Source of the DNA: Diplonema japonicum
Lineage: Eukaryota; Protista; Euglenozoa: Diplonemea
Length of the DNA stretch: 64,000 bases
Assembly (NCBI GenBank): GCA_964019335.1
Contig: OZ025668.1
Span: forward strand, 1-64,000
Direction: 5' to 3'
In this document: positions 1-9,600 of the stretch, piece after piece
Numbering within the stretch: the stretch's first letter is position 1
Layout: each line of letters opens with the position of its first letter
Made by a program: the position numbers and the translations under genes
The notes under the pieces: model-generated
The model's database searches: none
What the model was told of the DNA's origin: nothing
Seen by the model: the letters and a program-made list of their open reading frames with translations, nothing else

Positions 1-408
1 GGGTTTGCGGGTTTGCGGGTTTGCGGGTTTGCGGGTTTGCGGGTTTGCGGGTTTGCGGGTTTGCGGGTTTGCGGGTTTGCGGGTTTGCGGGTTTGCGGGT
101 TTGCGGGTTTGCGGGTTTGCGGGTTTGCGGGTTTGCGGGTTTGCGGGTTTGCGGGTTTGCGGGTTTGCGGGTTTGCGGGTTTGCGGGTTTGCGGGTTTGC
201 GGGTTTGCGGGTTTGCGGGTTTGCGGGTTTGCGGGTTTGCGGGTTTGCGGGTTTGCGGGTTTGCGGGTTTGCGGGTTTGCGGGTTTGCGGGTTTGCGGGT
301 TTGCGGGTTTGCGGGTTTGCGGGTTTGCGGGTTTGCGGGTTTGCGGGTTTGCGGGTTTGCGGGTTTGCGGGTTTGCGGGTTTGCGGGTTTGCGGGTTTGC
401 GGGTTTGC
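1..408. repeat. Perfect (GGGTTTGC)51 octamer array, truncated by the window edge; telomere-like sequence but G-rich strand points inward
   Basis: 51 exact copies at 1-408; degenerate copies recur at about 1450-1490 and 1511-1528. Confidence 0.97.
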
Positions 409-956
409 TCCCGGACATGGGACTCACCACCCTCCGCCTGGATAGGGGGTTCGACGCCTTCCGACTGGATGGGGGACTCCTCCCCCCCGTCCGCCTCGAA
501 GAGAACCCGCGCCACGTAAACTTCGTCTGACTCTAGTTGGACTGGGAACCAGGGGCGGACCGCAGGCCCCCTGACGTCCAGCAGCGCTGGGTGCCTCTGT
601 ACCTTGGGATCCCTCTGGGCGGACAGGGCCTCGTTGGACGGGACCCTCTTCCTCACCAGGCTTTCCCCGATGGCTCCCACAAGCGTCACGGACGGTGTGT
701 TCCCCGTGCTCCTGGCCTCCGGAGAGCCTGACTCACGGTCTCCCCCAAGCCTTGCCCTGCCCCCCTCCGACGAAGGGGGGCCTCGGGCAGCCCCTTCCAA
801 CACCGCCGCCACAATGGGGGAGCCGCACCCTCCTCCGAGCACCGACTGGGAGGCCCTTGGGGTTAGCACCGCCGCTCCCTGTGAGGGTTGTGTCGTCCCC
901 AGGCCGCTTTCTCCCGCGGGTACAGGAGAGAAGACATCCGCCCCCAGGATCGCCAT
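1..956 (-). CDS. Open ORF (at least 318 codons, no stop in window) running into the octamer array as (KPANPQTR)n; possible mobile-element ORF
   Basis: ATG at 956: MAILGADVFSPVPAGESG...RVVSPMSGSKPANPQTRK...; GC-rich, stop-free to position 1; missing from the ORF track because it has no stop. Confidence 0.4.
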   Translation of the reverse strand, partial: MAILGADVFSPVPAGESGLGTTQPSQGAAVLTPRASQSVLGGGCGSPIVAAVLEGAARGPPSSEGGRARLGGDRESGSPEARSTGNTPSVTLVGAIGESLVRKRVPSNEALSAQRDPKVQRHPALLDVRGPAVRPWFPVQLESDEVYVARVLFEADGGEESPIQSEGVEPPIQAEGGESHVREQTRKPANPQTRKPANPQTRKPANPQTRKPANPQTRKPANPQTRKPANPQTRKPANPQTRKPANPQTRKPANPQTRKPANPQTRKPANPQTRKPANPQTRKPANPQTRKPANPQTRKPANPQTRKPANPQTRKPAN

Positions 957-1581
957 GATCTGCTCCCTAGAGAACGCGCCCAGCCCGGTTTTTTTTAAAA
1001 GGGGGACTTGAGAAAATAAATAAAAAGGGGGACTTGAGAATGTTTTTTTTTTTTTTTTTTTTTCTTCAAAAGACACACAAGGCACGATAAATCTTAAGAG
1101 AAAATAAAAATATTCCAAAACAGACAATCAAGTTCCAACCTGGGAGGAAGGCATGGGTTTCTCTTTTTCTTTATGGGAGGGAGAGGGGAAGAAGAAGAAG
1201 CAACTCCAAATGATAAAAATTCAAAAATAAAAATCTCAAAAAAGACTTAAAAGAAGAAGAGGCAAATTCAAAAACATACTAGGGAGGAATGAGTGGGGCA
1301 GGGGGTAAAATTTAGGAGGGGGAAAGAGGGAGAATCAAAAAAGGGGAAAGGGGCAGAGTGACCAATGTCCATGCGAAAAAGCATAGAGCGGGGGAAGAAG
1401 AAAATCAAAAACAGGAAAAACACATCACCACAAAAGAAAAAAGGGGGGGGGGTTTGCGGGTTTGCGGGTTTGTGGGGTTTGCGGGTTTAAGTGATTGCTT
1501 TATTTCTCATGCGGGTTTGCGGGTTTGCAAAAAAAAAAAAGCACCTGTCTTCAACCCGGGGGGGGACCAGCAGAACACGAC

Positions 1582-1619
1582 CAATAAAGTACAGAAACTG
1601 TAGCTTTAGAATCGTTGGT
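1582..1619 (-). other. Genomic spliced-leader exon copy (38 nt), followed by GT, a 41-nt segment and T12
   Basis: Reverse complement ACCAACGATTCTAAAGCTACAGTTTCTGTACTTTATTG; the 3' part CAGTTTCTGTACTTTATTG is the conserved euglenozoan SL end and the 5' part ACCAACGATT resembles the Diplonema SL as I recall it. Confidence 0.9.
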
Positions 1620-1818
1620 GTTACCATAGCTCACATTGGTTTAGGCTAAAGCTTACTTACAGGAGGTGCCACGTGAAGGCTGTGAGTTGGGTTTTATCCT
1701 CCCTTTTTATTTTTTATTTTATTCTTCTTTTTTTTTTGAAAAAGAAAAGAAAAAGAACAAAAAGAAAAAAAAATTAAAATATGCCACTGTAAATCTCAGT
1801 ATTTTCTTTCAAAAAAAT

Positions 1819-1950
1819 ATGACCGACATGGAGGTCAACAGCGAACAACACATCTGCTGTACTTTTTTATATTTCCATATTTCTGTGTTCCCCCACCACC
1901 CAATAATATAAAAGAGGTAAAGGAGGCCAGTTACAGGGGGTGCACCTGGG
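1819..1950 (-). mobile_element. Fragments of the SL-headed SINE-like family (copy E) with a 6-nt SL remnant TTATTG
   Basis: GACCGAC..GGTCAACAGCGAACAACACATCTG matches the copies at 30.6 kb and 58.5 kb; 1911-1950 matches the start of the copy at 35.47 kb. Confidence 0.75.
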
Positions 1951-2008
1951 GGGGCGAGTGTATTTTCTCTATTCTTTTAGTAGCTTCGTTGCATGGCTGG
2001 TTTCAGGA

Positions 2009-2938
2009 TCAAACCCCGTGAGACCAATAAGGGCGCACGAAGCCGAGTAATGGAGGGAAAAGCAGAACAAGAAACAAAACCACAAGCAAGGATGACATAC
2101 TGTAAGCGGACGCCATGGCCTCCTTGCTACACAATGGCTTACTAGCAAACGGGAGGCTGGTTTTGTTAGAAACCCTTATGCACCGCCTAGTAATAAGATC
2201 CATGAGGTGAGGAATACCTTCCGTGGTAACTGCTGAAGTCCTAATATGGGGAACGCGCAGGATCCTCGACAACACGAAAGCAAGATCTGCTGTCAAGGGG
2301 TCAGAAGGAACGTCGCACTTTGTACCCACTAAAATGCAAGGTGCACAAATGTAGCGTGCTTCGCTTTCGAGCATCAAGGCTAGATCCTCAAGCCCGGTGG
2401 GAGAGGTGGTGTCGTAAACGATTAAATGCAGATGGCTGTGACGGTAGCGGTACATGGCAGCTTTGACCTTTCCTGGTGTCTTGTCAAATAATCGGAGCTT
2501 CCCAAGCTTCTTATTGGGGTCGCCTGGGTACGTGAGTACTCGTAATAAAAATTCAGGGTCTATCAAACAGCCCTCACTCTTACACGTATGAGGCATTCCC
2601 TTCAGCATCACCTCTAGCAGAGCAGTCGATCCGCACTCTCGCATGCCGCATGTCGTTAGCTTAAAGACCTGCACCCCTTCTGCTTCTGCCATTTCCCTGC
2701 TTATGCTGCCCACAGTCCAGTCCCAGGCGTGCCTCACAACGTCTTCTCTCCAATAATTCGTCCTGAAGTACTTATTCATGAAAGCAACCGCCTTCTTATC
2801 CACTCTCGCGGTCATACACTCCCTCCATTTACTGCACACCTGACTGCTCCTAACGGCATCTATGTAGTCCATGTACTCTACCATCCTTCCTAGTACATCG
2901 GAAGGGAGCTGTACAGGATTATTCTTAAACAACCACAT
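2009..2938 (-). CDS. F-box + divergent Ras/Rab-like small GTPase domain with C-terminal hydrophobic segment
   Basis: LPSDVLGRMVEYMDYIDAVRSSQVCSKWRE (F-box); LFDKTPG, LIVYD, ILVGTKCD, RTSA (G3-G5-like); degenerate P-loop GMRECGST. Confidence 0.75.
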   Translation of the reverse strand: MWLFKNNPVQLPSDVLGRMVEYMDYIDAVRSSQVCSKWRECMTARVDKKAVAFMNKYFRTNYWREDVVRHAWDWTVGSISREMAEAEGVQVFKLTTCGMRECGSTALLEVMLKGMPHTCKSEGCLIDPEFLLRVLTYPGDPNKKLGKLRLFDKTPGKVKAAMYRYRHSHLHLIVYDTTSPTGLEDLALMLESEARYICAPCILVGTKCDVPSDPLTADLAFVLSRILRVPHIRTSAVTTEGIPHLMDLITRRCIRVSNKTSLPFASKPLCSKEAMASAYSMSSLLVVLFLVLLFPPLLGFVRPYWSHGV

Positions 2939-3400
2939 CCCCCCGACCTTTGAATTGCAAAAAAAAAAACAAATGACATCAAATAATAGTTGTTAAATGG
3001 TTAAAGTAACAGGGGGGGGGGGGGGGGGGGGCAGGCCTTCAAAAGTACAATCTAAAATGCCTAGAAATCGATTGTGCTGTCAAGAAGAACAACTGAAAAG
3101 TGGAGCAAAACAGAAAAAAGTAGCATCTGATTGAGACAACAAGGAGAGTAAAGGGGCAATACAGAACAAGTAGGGAAAACTGGGGACAGTCTTGTTACAA
3201 GGTAGCTAAGTGCATCTACAACTTGAATACACACGTGCATTGTTTCATTAATAATCAAAAAAACAAGATGTTAGAACCACCTGTCACGATAGGCACAAAA
3301 ATACAGACATCCTAAGTAAAGGAGCTGAGATGGCTCTAACTACTGGGGCAAAATACATAAGAAAGAGAGAAAAGAGCGAAAGAAAGAAAACCTCACCTTT

Positions 3401-3664
3401 ACTATGCCCGGGTTCACAACCTGGGTATAGTGACACACAAGGATGCTGTCCGTCAGACCTTTCCAGCCGCAGGGGCGGATATCGTCTGGCGCTGCCAAAC
3501 ATAACCGTGGATGAGGAAAATAACGTTCTGTATCGATCACATCGTGAAATTGCGGAACATCGCGCATCACAAGCGGGATATCGCGAAAAGGACAAATGAC
3601 ATTTTAGGATCGACAAAGCAGTTTGTTGAAACGAGTCACATTGATAGCCGTACAACAGTTCTGA
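3401..3664 (+). ncRNA. Candidate structured RNA antisense to the gene cluster
   Basis: Three helices are complete only via G-U pairs on the + strand: ACTATGCCCGGGTT/AACCTGGGTATAGT, CGTCAGAC/GTCTGGCG and TCGACAAA/TTTGTTGA; GATGA...CTGA box-like motifs. Confidence 0.3.
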
Positions 3665-3937
3665 AAGAAGGAAAAGGGGACGCGGGAAGTAATTGGATTC
3701 TGTATTCTTACTACCTGAGGAGGCGAGAAATAATTCACTATGATAGGAGAAGTACTCACCGGTTCAACAACAACACAACACACAAACTCTTATTAACCAA
3801 ATCTCCTCAGCTTAGCAAAAAAAATACAGCTCATAAAAAAAAACATCATGTTTTAGGACAAATCACACATTTGGCTGGTCTATTTTCTGAGATTAAAAAA
3901 AGAAACATCCAGTTAAGTCTTGTCGGTTTAACAGGGT

Positions 3938-5878
3938 TTATTGGTACCTTCTGACGGGAGACTGATAGGCAGCTGCTGGTGGGGGAGGGGAGTGAACCGG
4001 GGCGCGTGACGCGGTGTATGCTGGTGCATCATAAGGGCTACTAGAGCGCTCATTCATCGAACGCACGGGGCTGCTATAGGCAGAGCCTTGGAGCTGCTGC
4101 ACATGCATGGTTCTTGAATACTGCGGGCTGCCTGATGCTGTCGAGCGGGGGGAAGCTGCTGAACGAGGAGAACCAGCAGGAGAGCCAGCAAAAGAGCCAG
4201 CAGGAGAGCCGGCCGACGATCCGGTAGGCGAGGTACTCCCACCCTTGTCCAAGATGAACTGCAGGGACTTCCTTGCCTGATGCAGCTTCACATCGTTCTC
4301 ATACCCTGCACCTGCCGCTGCGACAATGGCGTCCTGCGCGTTCCGCAACTTCGCAAACACTGCGGCTAGATCTTTGTCCTTCTTCTGTATCTCTTCCCTG
4401 TGCTTTGCCTTCATGTGCTCAATCTCACGGTCGTCCCTCATAGGCACGGCTTGCTGCACTACTTGTGTTGTACCCCTGCTCGACCTCTTAGCCTCTGAGG
4501 CGATGCGCTGCAGTCTTTTGTTCTCTGCCTCTAAAGCTTCGATCTCCCTGTTCTTTGACGCAACCTGCTCCTCACTGTCACCCGACTTGCGCATCTTCCT
4601 CTTGCTTTTCCTGTTCTTCACCACTGCTTCAACAGACTCGCCCAGCGTTTGCATCGCTTCCTTCTCTGCCTTTGCTGCAAGTTCCCGCACAGTGTCCCGC
4701 ATGGCGTGAGCAAGGTTAGGGTCATAGCGCTCCATTTGCTTGGCGAATTCTTGTGTACGGTCGCGCAGCGCATTGAGCTCCCTAGTGCGGATGTCTAAAG
4801 CCGTCTCTAGCGACCACAGCTGCGACTGCAGAAGGCCCAAGTCGCTGTTTTTCATTTCTTCAAGCTGCCTTTCAAGAGTTTCGCATTTCGACATCCATTC
4901 TCGAATAATCTCCTGCTGTCTTCCCCCGCCGCTTCCCGCAGCCTGTAGAGCTGCCACCTGACGTTCCAACCTTTCGCACTTAGAGAGAAGCTCTTTGTTT
5001 TCCTTGTCAGCAGATGAAGGCTTTTTCCTCCCCTCTTTTTTCTTAAGCTTTTCCTCAAGTGTCTTCACCTTCCCCTCGAGCTCATCGATCTTGCTCTTTG
5101 CCGTTCTGGCCTCAGCCTCAGCCGAGCTCGTCCCACTTTCCTTTGCCTGCAGCTCATCTTTTAAGGTATTAACCTCATTCTGCTCCTTTCTTAAAAGCGC
5201 TTCGAGCTCTGCGATCCTAGCATTCAGCGTAGGGCACACCTGACACACATGTGACGTGTGCGATTTGACAGATGCAGGTTGCTTGCGCTCCTTCTTCTGC
5301 AGTACAGGTTCTGTCTCTTCTTTCTCGGCAAAGGCTCCTTTCAGCTTCATCATCCTCTCCTTCGCCTCCTGACGAGCTTCTTTGAAGTCATGGACAAGCG
5401 TGGAGATAGGCATCCCCTCACCGATGGTTGCCACAATACCTATGAACTCGTCGAACTCGATCTGGCCCGACCCGTCTTCGTCGTACTTAAGGAAGATCCT
5501 CCTGAGCTCCTCACCCGAGATCTTTGTGCCCATGGACTCCACTAGTGTCCTAAGGTCGCTCATCCGAACTTCGTCAGCGCCTTCTGCGAACAAGTTAAAG
5601 AGGTCCTTGTAGCAGTGAGTAGTAAAATGCTGCACCATCTCCTCCACAGAGACACCTGTTGCCTCTTGCAACTTCTCTGCCAAACCGCAGAATTCATCTT
5701 TATCAATCTCACCGCTGCCATCGCTATCCTGCGTTTTGAAGGCCGTTTGCACCACATCGTCGCTCACTTTGTTGGGCAGCGCTGCGACGAAACCGAGCAC
5801 TTCATCGACCGTAATGGCACCACCGCCGTCTGAGTCGATGAGTGAAAAGATGTCCTTGAGCTTCTGCTGAGACGCCAT
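3938..5878 (-). CDS. EF-hand calcium-binding protein with long coiled coil and S/P-rich tail (646 aa)
   Basis: EF loops DSDGGGAITVDE, DSDGSGEIDKDE, DEDGSGQIEFDE; heptad-rich middle region. Confidence 0.88.
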   Translation of the reverse strand: MASQQKLKDIFSLIDSDGGGAITVDEVLGFVAALPNKVSDDVVQTAFKTQDSDGSGEIDKDEFCGLAEKLQEATGVSVEEMVQHFTTHCYKDLFNLFAEGADEVRMSDLRTLVESMGTKISGEELRRIFLKYDEDGSGQIEFDEFIGIVATIGEGMPISTLVHDFKEARQEAKERMMKLKGAFAEKEETEPVLQKKERKQPASVKSHTSHVCQVCPTLNARIAELEALLRKEQNEVNTLKDELQAKESGTSSAEAEARTAKSKIDELEGKVKTLEEKLKKKEGRKKPSSADKENKELLSKCERLERQVAALQAAGSGGGRQQEIIREWMSKCETLERQLEEMKNSDLGLLQSQLWSLETALDIRTRELNALRDRTQEFAKQMERYDPNLAHAMRDTVRELAAKAEKEAMQTLGESVEAVVKNRKSKRKMRKSGDSEEQVASKNREIEALEAENKRLQRIASEAKRSSRGTTQVVQQAVPMRDDREIEHMKAKHREEIQKKDKDLAAVFAKLRNAQDAIVAAAGAGYENDVKLHQARKSLQFILDKGGSTSPTGSSAGSPAGSFAGSPAGSPRSAASPRSTASGSPQYSRTMHVQQLQGSAYSSPVRSMNERSSSPYDAPAYTASRAPVHSPPPPAAAYQSPVRRYQ

Positions 5879-5966
5879 GTTGGAGATGAGTCTGACTAAG
5901 TGTGAAGTAAAACGAAAGAACGCAAGAAAGTAGGTTAAAAACTCAAATTATCTATTAGTGTAAAAC

Positions 5967-6641
5967 CTAAACACTGATGTCCGTAGACTGCAGCACGACG
6001 TCGGCCCCATCTTTAGTTGTACGGATCAGAAGTGCGTTGACATAATCAGACCCCTTCGCGCGTTTTGCTGCCTCTTCCTCGGACACCCCCCATGCAGCCT
6101 GTAAACGTGGACGTGGGTCAGAAAATCATACCATGTGTCTGGATGTAAGCCTCGTATTTGCTACGTCTTGAGGGCACTGAAGGAAGATTGACAAGTCGAA
6201 CAAAGCGTTAAGCCGCCGCCATTTTCTGATTCCTTTGAACAGAAGATAGTTTCCTTCCACAATGAGCAGCCGGCAGGACGCAGGGATTTCTATTTTGTCA
6301 GGCTCTGGGTCACAATCTGCATGGTTGAAGCCAGGAAAGGAGCTGCTCCCATCTTTTGCCTTCTTAAGTGCTTCGTAAAGTTTGCCTGAGTCGAAGGTCC
6401 AATGAGCCCCCCTCCTCTCGAAAGCTTCATCTGGGTCAGCCATCTGACTCAACTCTTTTTTATAGAGATGGAACCCGTCCATTGGGAGTGCCACGCAATG
6501 TCCCGACCCTTTTTTCTTGTTGACCTTGTCGGCTAACAGACCTGCTACGGTGGTCTTGCCGCTTCCAGGTACTCCTGCGATGGCGACAAACCACCGTTTA
6601 CTATCATCAAATAACAGAAGCTTATCAAGTACGCTCTCCAT
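5967..6641 (-). CDS. YFH7-like P-loop kinase (uridine/pantothenate/phosphoribulokinase superfamily); intron 6099-6131
   Basis: GVPGSGKTT, PMDGFHL, RRGAHWTFD, EGNYLL; removing a 33-nt GTATG..CAG intron restores RHM|AAWGVSEEEAAKRA...ISV*. Confidence 0.88.
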
Positions 6642-6692
6642 CTCTCTGGGTGCTGTTCGGTACGATATGTTCAAAATAAGCAATTTAGTCTA

Positions 6693-9600
6693 CTAGTACT
6701 CGTCGTCGAAGGACTCGTTGTTACCCCATTGCTTTGCTTCGGGGTTCTCACATTCCGCCTGCGTCTCTTCTTCCTTAGCTTCTTCGGCCTGTTTAGGCTC
6801 TGCGGGCTCTTCTTCCGCTGCAGCTTTCTCCGGCTGTTCTTCCAGAGTGGGTTCTGCTATTTCTTGTTCCTTTTTCTCTTCGACTTCGGGTTCTTCTGTC
6901 TTCTCCTCCACCACCTCTTCCTCCTGCGGAACTTCATTATGCTCTTTGCTCGTTGTTTCTTCCTTTGCCTCTTCTTTCACTTCTGCCTTGATCTCAGATT
7001 CTAATTCCGCCACCTGTTCTGCTCTTTCGGGTAATGGAGATGATGGCTTAGACTTTGGGCTCGCGCCATCTCCAGTAATCTTCTTCGGGTCGTGATGCTC
7101 AGTTCCCTTCTTTGCGGGATCGTCGGATGAGACTTTCAGCTTTTCCTTGTGGAAGGCCTGCGCATAGGCGTATGCCGCCTTTACCCAGTTGACGATAGGA
7201 GGAAGTGCAACGAGCGATGATTTCAATTCCTATAAGTCAGTGTTGTATAAAATATAACACGACATACCTGGTTCATCCCAGCGTTGTTGATGAACTTCTG
7301 GAGGATCAAAAACTCGCTTTTGTCTAACTTGAGGTACCGCTTAGGGTCACGGGCGGCGTCGATGAGGAGTTTAACAAAGGTCGACGGGTTGATGATCATT
7401 TTGAGTGCTGCCTCGATGGAAGTGTCCTTTCTGCCTAATGCCGCTTGCATGGCTGCGAGAGGCACAACCAGGGCAGGTGGTTTGTCTTTCCCGACAGTTC
7501 GGAACTCTCTGAAATCGCTATTCTTCAAGCTCGAAAGTTCATCAGCTGCTGCGTCCAGGGCCTGTTTTCTTTAAATTATTCAAGGCACCTACCTGCGTGT
7601 CGGGAGTGATGCTGGTAATGGACGACTTGCTCCGACTGAAAGAAGTTTCCTTCGACGCCTTGTGAATGGATTCCTTCTCGTTGGTGCTCTCCTTCTCCTT
7701 CGCTTCTTTTTCCTTGCTCTTTGCTGAGGCTATCATGGCTTGGAGCCATGCCATCATGATCACTGACGCTGGACCTGCAACCTGTGCAATGTGTAGTAAT
7801 TTACAATATGGTCACCTCTCCGCTATTTGTCACAAAGTACTGCCCGCAAATTTCATATTTCTTTAAGTGTAAAAATCAAAAGCCATGCTGGATTTGCTCC
7901 AGAAGTGGAATAAAATTTTGAATAAGAAAATCATGGCAAGGTGCTGTCATTTCTTTTACTTTCTTTAAACCCAGCGAAAATTAAGCAGGATTTACACTTT
8001 TCCCTTTAATTCCATGTCAAAGTTGTGCAAACTGTGTTCATACGCCACGAGAACCGGTATCCAGCTTCCTTCAGGCCATGCAGTCGAAGCTGTTGGGGTC
8101 ACACTGTGAAGTCGTGAAGCCCTTCAAGGGTAGTGACTTCAGAGCAGTCGGTGCAGCCGATACGGCGCATAGCGGCGTTGTGGGCTTCTAAGAAGTATCG
8201 GGTTTGGGTGTGGGTCTTGCATCAGCACCTCGGTGTCTGTGGGAACTGGCAAGGTCCCTGGGACCTGGGGGACCTGGGTACCAAAAAATTTTCTGGAGAC
8301 CCACACACACTTGGCACCCCAAAAAACAGACTTTATTTTTTTTTTTTCTGGGGCCACCTGGCTGGTGTCCCCCAGTAGGAGCCCTACCAAGGCTGATTTT
8401 GCCATTTTTTGGTATTTTTCCATTGGGAAATTTGGCCTGATTTGTCTCGGGCGTTTCTTCAGGAAGGTGGAGTAGCCAACTACATCAGCACCCGAGCCCA
8501 GGTACTGTACGTAGAACTCATGAAAAGTGCCTTGGACGTAACGCAGCCCAATGCGTTGATCACTCCCGGGAGAAACACGAATTGTTCTGCGACTTTGATG
8601 CAGAATCGATTCATTTTGCCACCAAGTCACAATAGTGCAGGCTATGCCTGCCGACAATGCGTCAGAACGCGTTTTCCCTGCAGGGGACTCGTGTTCTGTA
8701 ACACAAACGCGTGTCGCTGTTGTCCAAGGAAAAGAACTTGATGATGTCCTTCGGGTCGACATCCTTGTCCAAGAAGGGCTGTTCTGAACCACCGTTTCTC
8801 CCACCGAATTCATCCGGCTCTTTGCAGTAGATGCCGAAAAGCCGCTGCAAGAGTCCCAACAGCACCCCACAAGTACCTCATGGTGTTTGTTGGGCCAAAA
8901 GAGCACTCCGAAGCACTTAGAAGTGTCGCTGTGTAGAAAATCTGATTTTATTGCCTGAATCAGGAGGGCCAAAAACGGGCCAAAAAACGCACACAAATTG
9001 GCTCACTAGTGCCCACCGAAGATCGTACAGAGACAAAAGCACCTTCCAGTGGGACCCCTCTTTGGCTGCAGATTGTCAATAAAATTTTGAATAAGAGATC
9101 TATAGTTAAATGCTGCGCGTTTCTGGGTGAATAAATCGGGATTTGCTGCATTTTCCCCGTTTTCGTGACAGCCGAATTTCGGTTCATTTTATGTTTCATC
9201 CCTCCACATTGTATTTTTTCTCAAAAGCAAGCCCTTTAACGGAGTTTTCGGGACTATTTACACGTTTCTTTCATACTTCCTGTGGTTGCATGCTGCCCCT
9301 TTTTTGTGAAAATTTAAAAGAAAAGCGTTTTTTCGCATTTTTCGAAAAAGGCATTGACAAATAGCGGAGAGGTGAACATATGTAAATACCTTTTTGAGTT
9401 CCTCAGGTGTCGGAAACATATATGTTTCCAGTCTGCGGAGGGAACGATCAGGGAAGTTGGGCTCCGCATTGCAAAGCTGTATAGCGTGGTATAGATGATC
9501 GATTGATACCTTCTTCAAGAACTGGATGTCGCTTAGCTCACTTGCCGTGGCATCCCACGACTTGTGCGTCAATCCCAAGGCCAGCATGACGTGCTCCATC

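Noticed and set aside
1-408. True telomere at the left end
   Set aside because: A left chromosome end should show the C-rich strand on +; here + is G-rich, and known euglenozoan telomeres are TTAGGG.
5-530. + strand RVCGFAGL-repeat ORFs
   Set aside because: Artefacts of a stop-free octamer repeat, opposite to the gene strand.
3450-3470. RNase P RNA (GGAAAGGTCTGA resembles CR-I)
   Set aside because: No convincing CR-V/P4 partner downstream, and the helices favour the other strand.
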